A stretch of 64,000 bases of DNA from an uncultured Methanosarcinales archaeon (GCA_964452935.1 CAYVNO010000003.1:18163-82162), one strand, 5' to 3'; counted from the stretch's first letter, positions 1 to 10,689 are shown. Program-made: numbers and translations. The notes: generated from the sequence alone by a model not told the origin.

Positions 1-295
1 ATTTAAACATTCCTGCAAAAGTAGCTGTTGTTCCATCCTCAAGTGGAGAAGAAGATCTTACAGCAACAGGTTTTCTAAGTTCATCAAAATATTTTTCAAC
101 AGTTTCATTATCATCAAATCCTCTGCTAACATGTCCTGAAGCACAATCTTTTGGAATAATAAAAAACCTAGGAACATTATACCATTCAGAATTCTGTGCA
201 GCATTATAAAGTCTATGCAAATTAATTCCTTTACCTCCTAGCTGACCTACATTATTATACCTGCCAGGATCCTCCCCGCACCTTATAACTCCCAT
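1..295 (-). CDS. PEP/pyruvate-binding (PPDK_N-type) domain protein, N-terminal fragment truncated by window edge
   Basis: My own minus-strand translation from ATG 295-293 gives MGVIRCGEDPGRYNNVGQLGGKGINLHRLY...KPVAVRSSSPLEDGTTATFAGMFK. The VRSS..ED...FAG block is the N-domain signature of PEP synthase / pyruvate phosphate dikinase-family enzymes. It is absent from the ORF track because it is open at position 1. Confidence 0.5.
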   Translation of the reverse strand, partial: MGVIRCGEDPGRYNNVGQLGGKGINLHRLYNAAQNSEWYNVPRFFIIPKDCASGHVSRGFDDNETVEKYFDELRKPVAVRSSSPLEDGTTATFAGMFK

Positions 296-340
296 ATTAT
301 AAAGAACTCGTTACCTATTTTTAAATTTAATTACATAAAT

Positions 341-1177
341 TCAGAAGAAATTCAACGTCTTCTGCCTTAAATTCACAGAATAAGACAACGGATTAATAAC
401 CATCCCATCTTTTGCAGCAATTGTTTGTACTCCTGTAGCTCTCTGTATAGCTCTTGCCTCTTCTAACGGATCTCCTTGAACCATTTTAACACCAAATCCC
501 GTAAGAATAGCTAACTTAGGTTTAACATTACTAATAATCTTCATAGCATCTTCTGAACTTAAACTTCCTTCTTCTTTAAAATCCTTTGGCGATACTACTT
601 TCATAATCAACAAATCAACACCCTTAAACTTTTCAATCAATCCATTATAATATGCAGTATTTGAGATATAACCTAAACTAAAATAAGGAGTTAAGAATCT
701 CAAGATAATTCCGTTATTATCAATACCTTCTCTTGTTTCAAAGGATTTAATCTCAATATTATTAATTCCTACTCTGTTTCCAGGTTCCATTGTAATAATC
801 TTTTCAACACACTTCCTATGATGTCTTGTAAGAAATGGATAATTGTTATCATCTCCATGTATAACTGATTTATTTCCAATAAAAACCCCCTTTCTATCAA
901 GTCCTCCATGAGTCATCGCATCAATTGCTGCATTAATATCATTACAATTATTTACTAAATTATTTGTAGCAACAATCGCCATAGAGTTCCTAGGATTAAC
1001 ACCATAACATCTTGCACATGTCAAAGAACCTGGTCCTGGATCAATATGGAACTGATTATTATCTGTCTGAATAATTAAACCACCAGAAGTTCTCATCTGC
1101 TTTCCAACAACTAAAGAATCTCCCCCTGTTCCTAAAAATATAAGCTTTGGTTCCACATTACATCCCCCTGAAACCAA
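341..1177 (-). CDS. Metallo-beta-lactamase-fold-like hydrolase (divergent, tentative)
   Basis: 278-aa ORF. The LIFLGTGGD...FHIDPGPGS start and later His/Asp-rich segments (AMTHGG, VIHGDD) resemble MBL-fold proteins. The canonical HxHxDH motif is not evident. Confidence 0.4.
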   Translation of the reverse strand: MVSGGCNVEPKLIFLGTGGDSLVVGKQMRTSGGLIIQTDNNQFHIDPGPGSLTCARCYGVNPRNSMAIVATNNLVNNCNDINAAIDAMTHGGLDRKGVFIGNKSVIHGDDNNYPFLTRHHRKCVEKIITMEPGNRVGINNIEIKSFETREGIDNNGIILRFLTPYFSLGYISNTAYYNGLIEKFKGVDLLIMKVVSPKDFKEEGSLSSEDAMKIISNVKPKLAILTGFGVKMVQGDPLEEARAIQRATGVQTIAAKDGMVINPLSYSVNLRQKTLNFF

Positions 1178-1273
1178 GAACTATCTAAAATTAATAAATC
1201 TTTTGCTTAACTCTCCAAAACTATATATAAATGCCCTAAAAACATTTAAAAATATGAAGACCACACCAAATTC

Positions 1274-2413
1274 ATGCCAGGAGCAGCAACAGCTGAAAAA
1301 TTAGAACAACCTAAATCTTTAGAAAACATTGGGTTAGAATTACTAAGACAATACCAAGATTCTCAAGTAGATAAAGCAGCAAACTTAGCAATAAAAATTT
1401 TAGTGCCAGGAGCAGTTGCAGTAGGGGTAGTAGCTACAGCATTACATTTAATAGCTAATCCTCCAGATGCTCCAATTTATCAATCAAAAGAATTTCGTTC
1501 TATAGGTAATTATGCTGGGGCCACCACATTATTGGCAATGATATCAGTAGGAGTATCAAAAGGAGTCGCCTATGTATTAAACAGATCAAGAAATTCAAAC
1601 AATGACGAAGATGATGTTCGCTACGCTCCAATACATTCTGATATCTCAGCACATTTTGATGAATTTGGAGGATTCACTCAAGGATCTTCAGGTATGAATG
1701 AAGAAGACCATGTGGACGATGTATTAAGTGATACTGTAGCTCAAGATGCATTCAGATTATTAAGTCCAGATCACAAAGATGCAGTTTTACTAGACATGTT
1801 ACATTACAGATTATCTATGGGAGAAACAGATTCCATCGACACATTTCGTAACTATATCGAGCATCGTAATCAAGGTGCAGTAGACTTATTAGTACAAAAA
1901 GTTATAGATGGATGCCAAGACGACCAACTACCACAATATCATGATTTATTACAAGGTAAACAAGTTACAAGAGCAATAGATCACTATCTTTCAACTAATG
2001 ATACACAATCGGCATGGAGAATTGTTGGTTGTAATATGCCTATTACTAATAATAAACTTGTCTACGTCGTAGAGATTATAGACCAATTCATTGAACAAGG
2101 ATCATATGATGGTGCATATAATATCTTGATGAATTATGACAGAATACTGCCAAGCGTTTACAAACGTAATCAAGATGGTACATTTGACAGAGATACCCAA
2201 ATCACTACTTGTGATTTATTAGAAAGAATTACAGATGGATTCATTAAAGAAGGCAATTTATTAAACGCTGTGTCATTAACAACATGTAAACTATTCAGAA
2301 AAGTAATGCCTTACGATGAACGTAAAAAATACAGACAAACTCTTTTTGATCATTCTGAAACTTCTCCTATGAGGGAGCAAGTTAGAGCTAAATTATACAA
2401 AGAAGCAATTTAA
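1274..2413 (+). CDS. Hypothetical membrane protein (two N-terminal hydrophobic helices, soluble C-terminal domain)
   Basis: 379-aa ORF with hydrophobic stretches ILVPGAVAVGVVATALHLI and GATTLLAMISVGV. No family recognised. Confidence 0.45.
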   Translation: MPGAATAEKLEQPKSLENIGLELLRQYQDSQVDKAANLAIKILVPGAVAVGVVATALHLIANPPDAPIYQSKEFRSIGNYAGATTLLAMISVGVSKGVAYVLNRSRNSNNDEDDVRYAPIHSDISAHFDEFGGFTQGSSGMNEEDHVDDVLSDTVAQDAFRLLSPDHKDAVLLDMLHYRLSMGETDSIDTFRNYIEHRNQGAVDLLVQKVIDGCQDDQLPQYHDLLQGKQVTRAIDHYLSTNDTQSAWRIVGCNMPITNNKLVYVVEIIDQFIEQGSYDGAYNILMNYDRILPSVYKRNQDGTFDRDTQITTCDLLERITDGFIKEGNLLNAVSLTTCKLFRKVMPYDERKKYRQTLFDHSETSPMREQVRAKLYKEAI

Positions 2414-2470
2414 CCATTTCTACACATAATCCCCAAAACATTTAAAAAGCCCTTTAAATTCTATCCTATT

Positions 2471-2740
2471 GGACAGGCTATACCGGGTGGTTAGTCCTCA
2501 CCTATACCTTTAACGGACTTATGGAGGGGTTATGTCTCTGGAGCGGTATGTGTTTCCAGTATTAGTCCTGATTTCAACTGTGAAATCTCGTCCTGCAGGA
2601 TTGGTTCTTAGAGGAACCGTGTCAGGGCAGGAATGCAGCAGCACTAACTGTAAGATCTGGTGCTTGCAGGGTCGCGGGAATGAGGAGAAATTAGGATTCA
2701 CTAATATTGGGAATGTGTATCCATCCAGAGATGCTTGTCC
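2471..2740 (+). ncRNA. ffs: Signal recognition particle RNA (archaeal 7S/SRP RNA)
   Basis: A GC-enriched island in an AT-rich genome. The 5' end GGACAGGC pairs with the 3' end GCTTGTCC. Internal GUCAGGGCAGGAAUGCAGCAGC matches the universally conserved helix-8 motif (GUCAGGUCCGGAAGGAAGCAGC in 4.5S RNA), including the GGAA tetraloop and AGCA. A T-rich tract follows. Confidence 0.75.
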
Positions 2741-2831
2741 ACTTTATTTTCTATTATCTAACTGCCAATTTAAGCAAAAAAACCGAAAGATTTAAATATG
2801 TGTTAACACATAATACACATAGGTGATATAA

Positions 2832-3053
2832 ATGGTAAACATGACATTATCAATACCTGAGGAAATACATAAAGAAATGGCAGTTCATTCAGAAATAAAG
2901 TGGAGTGATGTAGCTAGAACTGCATTCGAAAAAAAGATTAAAGAACTTCACTGGACAGATAAACTTTTAGAAAGAAGTACAATGACAGAAAAAGATGCAG
3001 AAAAGATTGGTCACAAAATAAAACATCAGATCAGAAAAAGGTTTTCTAGATGA
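2832..3053 (+). CDS. Putative antitoxin (small VapB/CopG-like protein)
   Basis: 73-aa ORF whose stop overlaps the start of the downstream PIN gene by 4 nt (ATGA). The size and position are typical of VapB-type antitoxins. Confidence 0.5.
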   Translation: MVNMTLSIPEEIHKEMAVHSEIKWSDVARTAFEKKIKELHWTDKLLERSTMTEKDAEKIGHKIKHQIRKRFSR

Positions 3054-3475
3054 GGTTAGTTGTAGATACAAACAGGATAATTGCTGCGTTAATCAAAGAT
3101 TCAACTTCCAGGAGAATAATCACACACATAGATGCAGAATTAATCACAATTGGTTTTTCAGACAAGGAAATACAAAAATATAAAAAATTAATTCTAAAAA
3201 AAGCAAAAATAACTGAAGAAGAATTAGAACTCATCTTAGAAAAATTAAAAGAAAAATTAACTATCCTTGATGATAACATAATAAATTTAAGAATAAAAGA
3301 AGCAAGCAAAATAATGGACAAAATTGATCCTGATGACACACCATTTATAACTGCAGCATTGGCAACTAAGTCTGATATTTGGTCTGATGATAAACATTTT
3401 GAAAAACAAAATAAAATTAGAGTCAAGAAAACATCTGATTTAGTTAAGTATGTTCAGTTCTCCATTGATATATAA
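3050..3475 (+). CDS. PIN-domain ribonuclease toxin (VapC-like)
   Basis: Starts MRLVVDTN. Later acidic positions DPDDTPF and SDDKHF fit the PIN catalytic quartet. Length is 141 aa. Confidence 0.7.
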   Translation: MRLVVDTNRIIAALIKDSTSRRIITHIDAELITIGFSDKEIQKYKKLILKKAKITEEELELILEKLKEKLTILDDNIINLRIKEASKIMDKIDPDDTPFITAALATKSDIWSDDKHFEKQNKIRVKKTSDLVKYVQFSIDI

Positions 3476-3521
3476 ATCAACCATTAACTTTATAAATAAA
3501 CCTGAATAATCTAATATTGCA

Positions 3522-4922
3522 ATGGCTAAACTATCAAAAAGATACTTTAAGCCAAGGTGGAGTTATCTGTCGCAAGACAGGTGGGGTGATTTAGTAATTG
3601 AAGACCATTCAGTTTGGGATCTATCTAAAAAATATGGTACTCCTCTCTACATCTTGGTTGAAAGCGAAATAAGAAAAAATCTACGAAGATTCAAAAAAGC
3701 TTTTCCATACAAAAATCTTCGCCCACAATACGCTTCTAAAAATAACACTAATCTAGAAATTCTAAAAATAGCCAGAGAAGAAGGTTTTGACATTGATGCA
3801 AGTAGCACAGGAGAAATAATTCTCGCATTACTAGCAGATTTTGAACCCCATCAAATAACATTCACAAATTTATACAAATCAGGACAAGATATAAGCTTTG
3901 CAGCAAAAGTTGGTGTGCAAGCAATAACAGCAGATTCAATTGAAGAAATAAGAAGAATAGCGTTAGTAGGAGAAAAACTAGGAAAAAAGATTAGACTCTT
4001 CCTAAGAATTAACCCTTTAATAAAATTAAATGGTGGATACACAACAAAAGATCAACAATACGGAATCCCGTGGACACAAGCAAAAGAAGCAATCGAACTA
4101 GCTAAAAAAAGAAGATACATACAACTAATCGGATTCCATTTTCATGGTGGTTACATTAAGTCACCAAAAGTTTATCATGCAGCAGCTAAAAAACTATTAT
4201 ACTTAATGAAACACAGTAAAGATAGAAACATAAACATAACTCACATTGATTTAGGTGGAGGATTCCCGATACAGTACAGAGATGAGGACATATTCACACC
4301 AGAATCTATGGGAAAACCTTTCATAAGATATTTCAAATCTCTACTAAAAAAACATAATTTACTCCCACCAACCCTAATCTTTGAACCAGGGAAACTGATT
4401 ACAGCAAATACTGGGATTGGACTTATGAAAATAGTGAGCGATAAACAAATAGGAAAAAAGAAAATACTAGTTACAGACGGATCAACATACGCTTTTGTAC
4501 CAGACCCATTAATCTATGGTTGTGAATATGAAATACTTCCTGCAACAAGCATGAAAGGAAGAAGAACTAAAAAATACCAAATTGCGGGTTGCACATGCGA
4601 CTCAATAGATATCATAGGAAAAAATATACTTCTCCCAGAGATGGAAGCAGATGATTTACTAGCAGTAATGGACTGTGGTGCTTACAGCAACGTAATGGCC
4701 TCAAACTTTAACACACTAAAAAAAGCTCCAATGGTAATGATCAAAGAATCAGGTAGAGCAAAACTTATAAGAAGAAGAGATCGTTATTCAGAAATGTTTG
4801 CTCCAGAACTAAATGTACTAAAAAGAGCAGATCCATACCAACTAAAAAAGTTCTATAACTTAACAAGAACAAACATAGACAAAGTATGGCAAGACGATGC
4901 ATATAAGAGGAAAAGAAAATGA
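3522..4922 (+). CDS. PLP-dependent group IV decarboxylase (Orn/DAP/Arg family), probable arginine decarboxylase
   Basis: Motifs YASKNN (PLP lysine region), HFHGG, DLGGGFP, FEPGK and CTCDSID. A 4-nt overlap with the downstream agmatinase suggests arginine as substrate. Confidence 0.75.
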   Translation: MAKLSKRYFKPRWSYLSQDRWGDLVIEDHSVWDLSKKYGTPLYILVESEIRKNLRRFKKAFPYKNLRPQYASKNNTNLEILKIAREEGFDIDASSTGEIILALLADFEPHQITFTNLYKSGQDISFAAKVGVQAITADSIEEIRRIALVGEKLGKKIRLFLRINPLIKLNGGYTTKDQQYGIPWTQAKEAIELAKKRRYIQLIGFHFHGGYIKSPKVYHAAAKKLLYLMKHSKDRNINITHIDLGGGFPIQYRDEDIFTPESMGKPFIRYFKSLLKKHNLLPPTLIFEPGKLITANTGIGLMKIVSDKQIGKKKILVTDGSTYAFVPDPLIYGCEYEILPATSMKGRRTKKYQIAGCTCDSIDIIGKNILLPEMEADDLLAVMDCGAYSNVMASNFNTLKKAPMVMIKESGRAKLIRRRDRYSEMFAPELNVLKRADPYQLKKFYNLTRTNIDKVWQDDAYKRKRK

Positions 4923-5782
4923 ATTACCTAGATATTGAACCAAACCCAGAACTAAGAAAATCAAAAGTAGTTATACTTCCTGTGCCATATGAAGGAACAG
5001 TTACATACGGAAAAGGAACATCAAAAGGTCCACAAGCAATTATAGATGCTTCATCACAACTAGAAACATACGACGAGGAACTAAGAGTAGAAAACTTTGA
5101 CAGAATAGGAATCCACACCACAAAACCACTAAAACTAGACAAAGATCCTAAAAAAACAGTACAAATTATCAAAGAAGCATGTAAAAAATTTATAGATGAT
5201 GAAAAATTTGTAATAATGCTTGGTGGAGAACACTCAATCTCTTTTGGTTATTACTGGGCTCTGAAAGAAAAATATCCAGATCTAGCAGTTATCCAACTAG
5301 ACGCACACGCAGATCTAAGAAATGAATACGAAGATTCAAAATTCAGCCACGCTTGTGTTATGAGGAGAATCAGAGAGACATGCAAAGACACACTACAGAT
5401 TGGAATAAGGAGTCATTCAAAAGAAGAATCAGATTTAATAAGGAAAGAAAAAATACCAATGTTCTACGCACATTATATCTACAATAAAAACACAGGATGG
5501 CTAAACGCAGCTATAAAAAACATGCCTAACAATGTATTCTTAACAATAGATGTAGATTTCTTTTCATGGGATGTAATATCAGACACAGGAACCCCAGAAC
5601 CAGGTGGAATCCACTGGTACAAAGCTTTAGAAATACTGAGAACAATCTTTGAAAACAAGAATGTAGTTGGCTTTGATATAGTTGAACTATCACAAACACA
5701 AAACTCCAACAACTCAGCATTCGCTTGCGCAAAATTAATTTATAGATTAATTAATTATAAGTTTACACCAAGGAAAAAGTGA
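4919..5782 (+). CDS. speB: Agmatinase (arginase/ureohydrolase family)
   Basis: Arginase-family metal motifs GGEHSIS, QLDAHADL and TIDVDFF. Length is 287 aa. Confidence 0.85.
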   Translation: MNYLDIEPNPELRKSKVVILPVPYEGTVTYGKGTSKGPQAIIDASSQLETYDEELRVENFDRIGIHTTKPLKLDKDPKKTVQIIKEACKKFIDDEKFVIMLGGEHSISFGYYWALKEKYPDLAVIQLDAHADLRNEYEDSKFSHACVMRRIRETCKDTLQIGIRSHSKEESDLIRKEKIPMFYAHYIYNKNTGWLNAAIKNMPNNVFLTIDVDFFSWDVISDTGTPEPGGIHWYKALEILRTIFENKNVVGFDIVELSQTQNSNNSAFACAKLIYRLINYKFTPRKK

Positions 5783-6748
5783 TTATGTTTCAAAATGATC
5801 ATACCCTTTCCCTAACTCTTCTTTCTTTTCTCCATCAATCAACCAGATTCCATCCTCTTTATCAATTATCTTTCCAACAACAAAACAATCCTTAAACAAA
5901 TCCTTATTCTCCTCAAATACATTCTCAGAAACAGTAAATAACAACTCAAAATCCTCTCCACCATTCAACGCAAAGTCATAAGCATCTTTCCCAACCAATG
6001 AAGCACTCTTTAAAGTACACTCTTTAATCGGAATCTTCTCTTTATACACAATAGCTCCAACATTACTCATCCTACAAATATGTTTAACCTCACTAGCTAA
6101 CCCATCTGAAATATCAATCATCGCATTCACCTTTCCAGCAATCCTGGAAGAAACATCTAACCTATGTTTAGGTTCTTTGTGATCAATAACATCCTCTCCT
6201 TCATAAACACCATCCAATAATAAATTCAATCCAGCAGTACTTCTCCCTAAATAACCACTCACTAAAATAAGATCATTTTTCTTAGCACCAGACCTCAAAC
6301 ATAACTTATCCTTCTCAACAAAACCAATCATTGTTAAATTAAACACCAGTGATCCACCATGTGTTGTATCTCCTCCAATTATCTCAACACCCAACTTATC
6401 ACCAACAGATTTCATACCTCTAAACATCTCTTCAACAAACTCAACACTAACATCTTTTGTCAAACAACCTGCAACAACACAATACTTTGGTTTCCCACCC
6501 ATTGCAGCAATATCACTAATATTAATTGACATCAACTTAACACCAATCTGAAAAGGAGAACTCCACTCTGTTCTAAAGTGATCCTTCTCAACAATCATAT
6601 CAGTTGTAACTAACATGTATTCTTCTCCACCAATCTCTAGAACACTACAATCATCACCTATGCCAACTACAACTTTCGCATCCTTATTATCTCCTTTAAT
6701 TCTATCAATAAGAGCAAACTCTCCTCCAATATCTTTAATATCTGTCAT
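5783..6748 (-). CDS. thiL: Thiamine-monophosphate kinase
   Basis: AIR-synthase-related fold with the typical ThiL start GEFALIDRI...GIGDDCSVL...TTDMIVEKDHF. It lies in the thiamine cluster. Confidence 0.85.
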   Translation of the reverse strand: MTDIKDIGGEFALIDRIKGDNKDAKVVVGIGDDCSVLEIGGEEYMLVTTDMIVEKDHFRTEWSSPFQIGVKLMSINISDIAAMGGKPKYCVVAGCLTKDVSVEFVEEMFRGMKSVGDKLGVEIIGGDTTHGGSLVFNLTMIGFVEKDKLCLRSGAKKNDLILVSGYLGRSTAGLNLLLDGVYEGEDVIDHKEPKHRLDVSSRIAGKVNAMIDISDGLASEVKHICRMSNVGAIVYKEKIPIKECTLKSASLVGKDAYDFALNGGEDFELLFTVSENVFEENKDLFKDCFVVGKIIDKEDGIWLIDGEKKEELGKGYDHFET

Positions 6749-6787
6749 ATCCTAAAGGAAAGAATTAGATTTTATAAAAGTTGTTGA

Positions 6788-7786
6788 TTAAGCCACCTTG
6801 TCAATCCTGCAGACTTTTCCTAACTGTAGATCTGTTCCTACCCAGTGCATAGAAGGGTACATTGTTCCATCAGCACAAACATACAATTCTTCGTGTGAAG
6901 AACACAACTCATCACTCCTTTCATATGCTCCTTCAATCCCTTTTGCAGAACCAATTGCACAAACAGCAGATTTATAGACACGGAAATGTGGTTCCTTCTC
7001 TCCTAAATTTGCAACAACATAAGCATACGTATCATTTATTTCATGAGTTAGTCCACCAACCCTTATTGTAACATTTATCCCTATCTCTTGAGCCACCATT
7101 TTTACTAATCCTATTTTATATAACAATGGATCATCTCTATCGGGTATTTGGTAATAGTGACTTTGTTCTCCCCTATGCAGTTTATATTGTGCTCTTAACG
7201 GATTATTAAATGATAATTGCCAATTTACTCTTTTGTCAAATCCTCTAAGCGTTTCTTCAAGCTCCATCTCATCAATTGGAAAAACAGTAGCATTTGTTGC
7301 AACCTCCACATAATTTCTCCCCCCAAGCGCTGTTAAATAATCTGTTATTGTTACAAGTTTATCAATATCCAATGTTGGTTCTCCCCCACTTACACATATG
7401 TTTCTTGTCCTACGTGCAAACGGATTATCTCCCAATAATTGAGCAAGTTCTGAAGCAAAACCTAGACCCATATATTGGATATCTTCAGATCTGATATGTC
7501 TCCTGTTTGATTCATTAAAACAAGTGTGGCAGGCAACATTACAATTAGGAGTTACCTCTATCGCAATATACTCTCCAGAACGTGTTTTAATTAATGTTGG
7601 ATCTTCAAGAACAAATACTCCGTTTAATGTCTTTCTTTCTCCTAGCGGATCTTGGATTGTTAACTTATCTGTTAGCCTTGTTTTTACTCTATCATATCCA
7701 AAATAGTTCCCATTACGTCCAGGATTTCTTCTCCCTGATTCTGCCTGTCTTTCTAATTGTTCTGGTGTAAATACAGCTGTTAGCAT
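6788..7786 (-). CDS. Radical SAM protein of unknown function (partial SPASM/twitch-like C-terminus)
   Basis: Has the CNVACHTC (CX3CX2C) cluster motif, VSGGEPTL, and a C-terminal LYVCADGTMYPS segment. It sits between thiC and thiL. Confidence 0.7.
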   Translation of the reverse strand: MLTAVFTPEQLERQAESGRRNPGRNGNYFGYDRVKTRLTDKLTIQDPLGERKTLNGVFVLEDPTLIKTRSGEYIAIEVTPNCNVACHTCFNESNRRHIRSEDIQYMGLGFASELAQLLGDNPFARRTRNICVSGGEPTLDIDKLVTITDYLTALGGRNYVEVATNATVFPIDEMELEETLRGFDKRVNWQLSFNNPLRAQYKLHRGEQSHYYQIPDRDDPLLYKIGLVKMVAQEIGINVTIRVGGLTHEINDTYAYVVANLGEKEPHFRVYKSAVCAIGSAKGIEGAYERSDELCSSHEELYVCADGTMYPSMHWVGTDLQLGKVCRIDKVA

Positions 7787-7847
7787 GTTAACAGATAATT
7801 GATTAAGGTTTATAATACATCATGAAATAATTATTCCAAAAAGAATA

Positions 7848-9110
7848 TTAATTTTTCAAATCCCTAATTCTTTTCACAGAACAGAACTCTCCACACATAC
7901 TACAAACATCATCTTCAGGATTGTCCTCTTTTCTCATTTTGATTGCAGTCTCTGGATCAATTGCTAACTTCAACTCATTCTCCCAATCAAGCTTTGCCCT
8001 TAATCTACTTAACTCATCATCTCTTTTACGTCCTAACCCCCGAGCAACATCAGCAGAATGTGCAGCTATTTTTGTACAAACAACTCCTTCTTTAACGTCT
8101 TCAACACTAGGCAATCTCAAATGCTCTGCTCTTGTAACATAACATAAAAAACTTGCTCCATAATAAGCAGCCATTGCTCCACCAATTGCTGACGTAACAT
8201 GATCATAACCAGGTGCAATGTCTGTAACAATTGGTCCTAAAACATAAAACGGTGCAGAATGACAATACTCTTTCTGTAAATCCATATTTTTCTTAATCTG
8301 GTCCATTGGAACATGTCCAGGTCCTTCAATTATCACCTGTACACCTTTCTCCCACGCTCTTAACGTCAACTCTCCTAAAACTTTCAACTCATGAATCTGT
8401 GCTTCATCAGTTGCATCTGCTAAACATCCAGGCCTTAAACCATCTCCAAGACTCAAAGTCATATCATACTTATTACAAACATCCAAAATCCTATCAAAAT
8501 ACTCATAAAGAAAATTCTCTTTATCATTATCCTTCATCCATTTGATTAAATAACTTCCTCCTCGACTAACAACACCACCGATCCTACTATCCAACATAGG
8601 AACACAATCTCTAACAATTCCGCAGTGTATTGTAACAAAATCAACTCCTTGTTCTCCTTGTTCCTCTAAAATCTTCAAAAACTCCTCAATTCCAACATCT
8701 GTTCTATTCTCATAATCAACCATTAACTGATAAATTGGCACAGTACCTAACGGAACATCACTATTTTTAATCATTTCCTCTCTTATCTTATTCAAATCTC
8801 CACCAGTACTCAAATCCATAACAAACTCTGCACCATTTTCAACAGCAACCTTTAACTTCCTCAACTCAGTATTCATACAATTCTTTAGAGGAGAACTACC
8901 AATGTTTGCATTTATTTTAGTCCTCAACAATCTTCCAACACCAAAAACCTTTTTAACAGAGTTCTTATTACACGGAATAACAAGCCTACCTTTTGCAATC
9001 TCTTCTCTAACTACTTCACTATCAATTTCTTCATACCTAGCAACCTCTTCCATCTCTTTAGTAATTATTCCATTCTTAGCTGAAATTAACTGCGTCATTT
9101 TAACACCCAT
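7848..9110 (-). CDS. thiC: Phosphomethylpyrimidine (HMP-P) synthase
   Basis: Strong ThiC-like sequence (GPGHVPM, C-terminal CSMCGEFCS). The likely true start is ATG at 9098, which forms an ATGA overlap with the thiF stop. Confidence 0.95.
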   Translation of the reverse strand: MGVKMTQLISAKNGIITKEMEEVARYEEIDSEVVREEIAKGRLVIPCNKNSVKKVFGVGRLLRTKINANIGSSPLKNCMNTELRKLKVAVENGAEFVMDLSTGGDLNKIREEMIKNSDVPLGTVPIYQLMVDYENRTDVGIEEFLKILEEQGEQGVDFVTIHCGIVRDCVPMLDSRIGGVVSRGGSYLIKWMKDNDKENFLYEYFDRILDVCNKYDMTLSLGDGLRPGCLADATDEAQIHELKVLGELTLRAWEKGVQVIIEGPGHVPMDQIKKNMDLQKEYCHSAPFYVLGPIVTDIAPGYDHVTSAIGGAMAAYYGASFLCYVTRAEHLRLPSVEDVKEGVVCTKIAAHSADVARGLGRKRDDELSRLRAKLDWENELKLAIDPETAIKMRKEDNPEDDVCSMCGEFCSVKRIRDLKN

Positions 9111-9688
9111 TCCAATATAACATTTGCCTGTTTTGCTGCAGCAATATTAACTCTTGGTGATATTGGTGCAACACACTCTGAACTAGTTTGCAAATCTCCG
9201 ATCATTATTAAATTTTCTCTTAATCGATGAACTTTGATATCATCACTTTTTCCAACCCCACATAAACCGGATGCTGTAACAATGAGTTTACCAGTTGGAA
9301 TCATCTTTCCAACAATCATACTCTTATACTCAGGAGTATCAAAAGCCTCAACTATTACCTCACAATCACTAAACGTCTCAAGAACATTCTCTTCTTCAAC
9401 TCTACCACAAACTTCAATCTCTAAATCAGGATTTATACGAAGTAAATTCTCTCTTAACACCTCTGTTTTCCTCCTTCCAACCTGATCAAAAAAATAAAAC
9501 TGCCTATTTAGATTTGATAACTCTATCTGGTCATGATCTGCAATAATAAACTTTCTAAACCCAGCTCTGACTAAATTAAACGCACAATTCGAACCTAAAC
9601 CACCACAACCAGCAATTCCAATCTTCACAGACCTAACTTTTTCATACCCTTTCTCACCGATTGCATCCTTAATAATTTCTTCAAACAT
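9095..9688 (-). CDS. thiF: ThiS-adenylyltransferase (E1-like ThiF/MoeB family)
   Basis: Has the GIAGCGGLGSN nucleotide-binding loop. Length is 197 aa. Operon context supports the call. Confidence 0.8.
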   Translation of the reverse strand: MFEEIIKDAIGEKGYEKVRSVKIGIAGCGGLGSNCAFNLVRAGFRKFIIADHDQIELSNLNRQFYFFDQVGRRKTEVLRENLLRINPDLEIEVCGRVEEENVLETFSDCEVIVEAFDTPEYKSMIVGKMIPTGKLIVTASGLCGVGKSDDIKVHRLRENLIMIGDLQTSSECVAPISPRVNIAAAKQANVILEWVLK

Positions 9689-9689
9689 C

Positions 9690-10688
9690 TTAACACCAAT
9701 CCTTCAGCACAGGCTGATAACCTTTTGATAATAATAAATTTTTAATTTCCTCAACACCTCTTTTATCAGAGATATCAAACTGTCCAACATCATCATTCAT
9801 AATACGTCCACCAACCTTTGTACAAGAACCAGCAGACATCTTTGTAATTCCTAACCCAATAACATTATCCCTTATATGATCTCTTTCTCTAGTGGATAAA
9901 GTAATCCCCACTCTAGGTAAAAAAATCCTAAGAGCCAATATTATCTGTATTAAATCTTTATCACTAACTTCTTTTATATCATCAAACTCTCCTTCATGTG
10001 GTCTAATTCTTGGAACACTTACACTTAACTCAACATCAGGATATTTGTCCTGCAAATATTTAGCATGCATCCCCACATTTAAAACATCATCTCTCCATGA
10101 CGACAAACCCAACAAACATCCAATATTAACAGTACGCATTCTAGCTTTACACGCTCTCTCTGCCGCTTCTAATCTATAATCATAATCAGTCTTTGGCCCA
10201 GACAAATGAACCTCTTTATATTTTTCCCCATCATATGTTTCTTGATAAATTGTTAATCCATCAACACCAACTTCCACTAACTCTTTATACTCTTCCTCAC
10301 TCAACGGATAAACCTCAATAGATATAGAAGTAAAATACTTTTTCAACACTCTAACACACTCCTTAATATATGAAACAGGACTCATCTCTCTTGACTCCCC
10401 TGTAAGAATTAAAACATGCTTAAGTCCAGTAGATGCAATCACCCTCCCTTCTTCCTCAACATCTTCTAAACTTAACTTTCTCCTCTTTATATTATTGCTA
10501 ACATTAAACCCACAATAAGAACATTTGTTATCACAATAATTTGATAAATACAACGGTGTGTAAAGAAGAACAGCTTTCCCAAAATACTGCAAAGAAATTT
10601 TCTGCGCCTCTTGAGCCATCTCCTCTAAATAATTCTGCGCCTCCTTAGACAACAACGCTTTCAAATCTTTATCAATAATTGCTTTCAT
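9690..10688 (-). CDS. thiH: 2-iminoacetate synthase (tyrosine lyase, radical SAM)
   Basis: Has [10 protein letters not shown] (CX3CX2C) and the BioB/ThiH-like fold. It is adjacent to thiG. Confidence 0.8.
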   Translation of the reverse strand: MKAIIDKDLKALLSKEAQNYLEEMAQEAQKISLQYFGKAVLLYTPLYLSNYCDNKCSYCGFNVSNNIKRRKLSLEDVEEEGRVIASTGLKHVLILTGESREMSPVSYIKECVRVLKKYFTSISIEVYPLSEEEYKELVEVGVDGLTIYQETYDGEKYKEVHLSGPKTDYDYRLEAAERACKARMRTVNIGCLLGLSSWRDDVLNVGMHAKYLQDKYPDVELSVSVPRIRPHEGEFDDIKEVSDKDLIQIILALRIFLPRVGITLSTRERDHIRDNVIGLGITKMSAGSCTKVGGRIMNDDVGQFDISDKRGVEEIKNLLLSKGYQPVLKDWC

Positions 10689-10689
10689 A

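Noticed and set aside
2519-2795. ORFs 2519-2701 (-) and 2532-2795 (+)
   Set aside because: They overlap the SRP RNA gene. Their openness reflects the local GC-rich composition.
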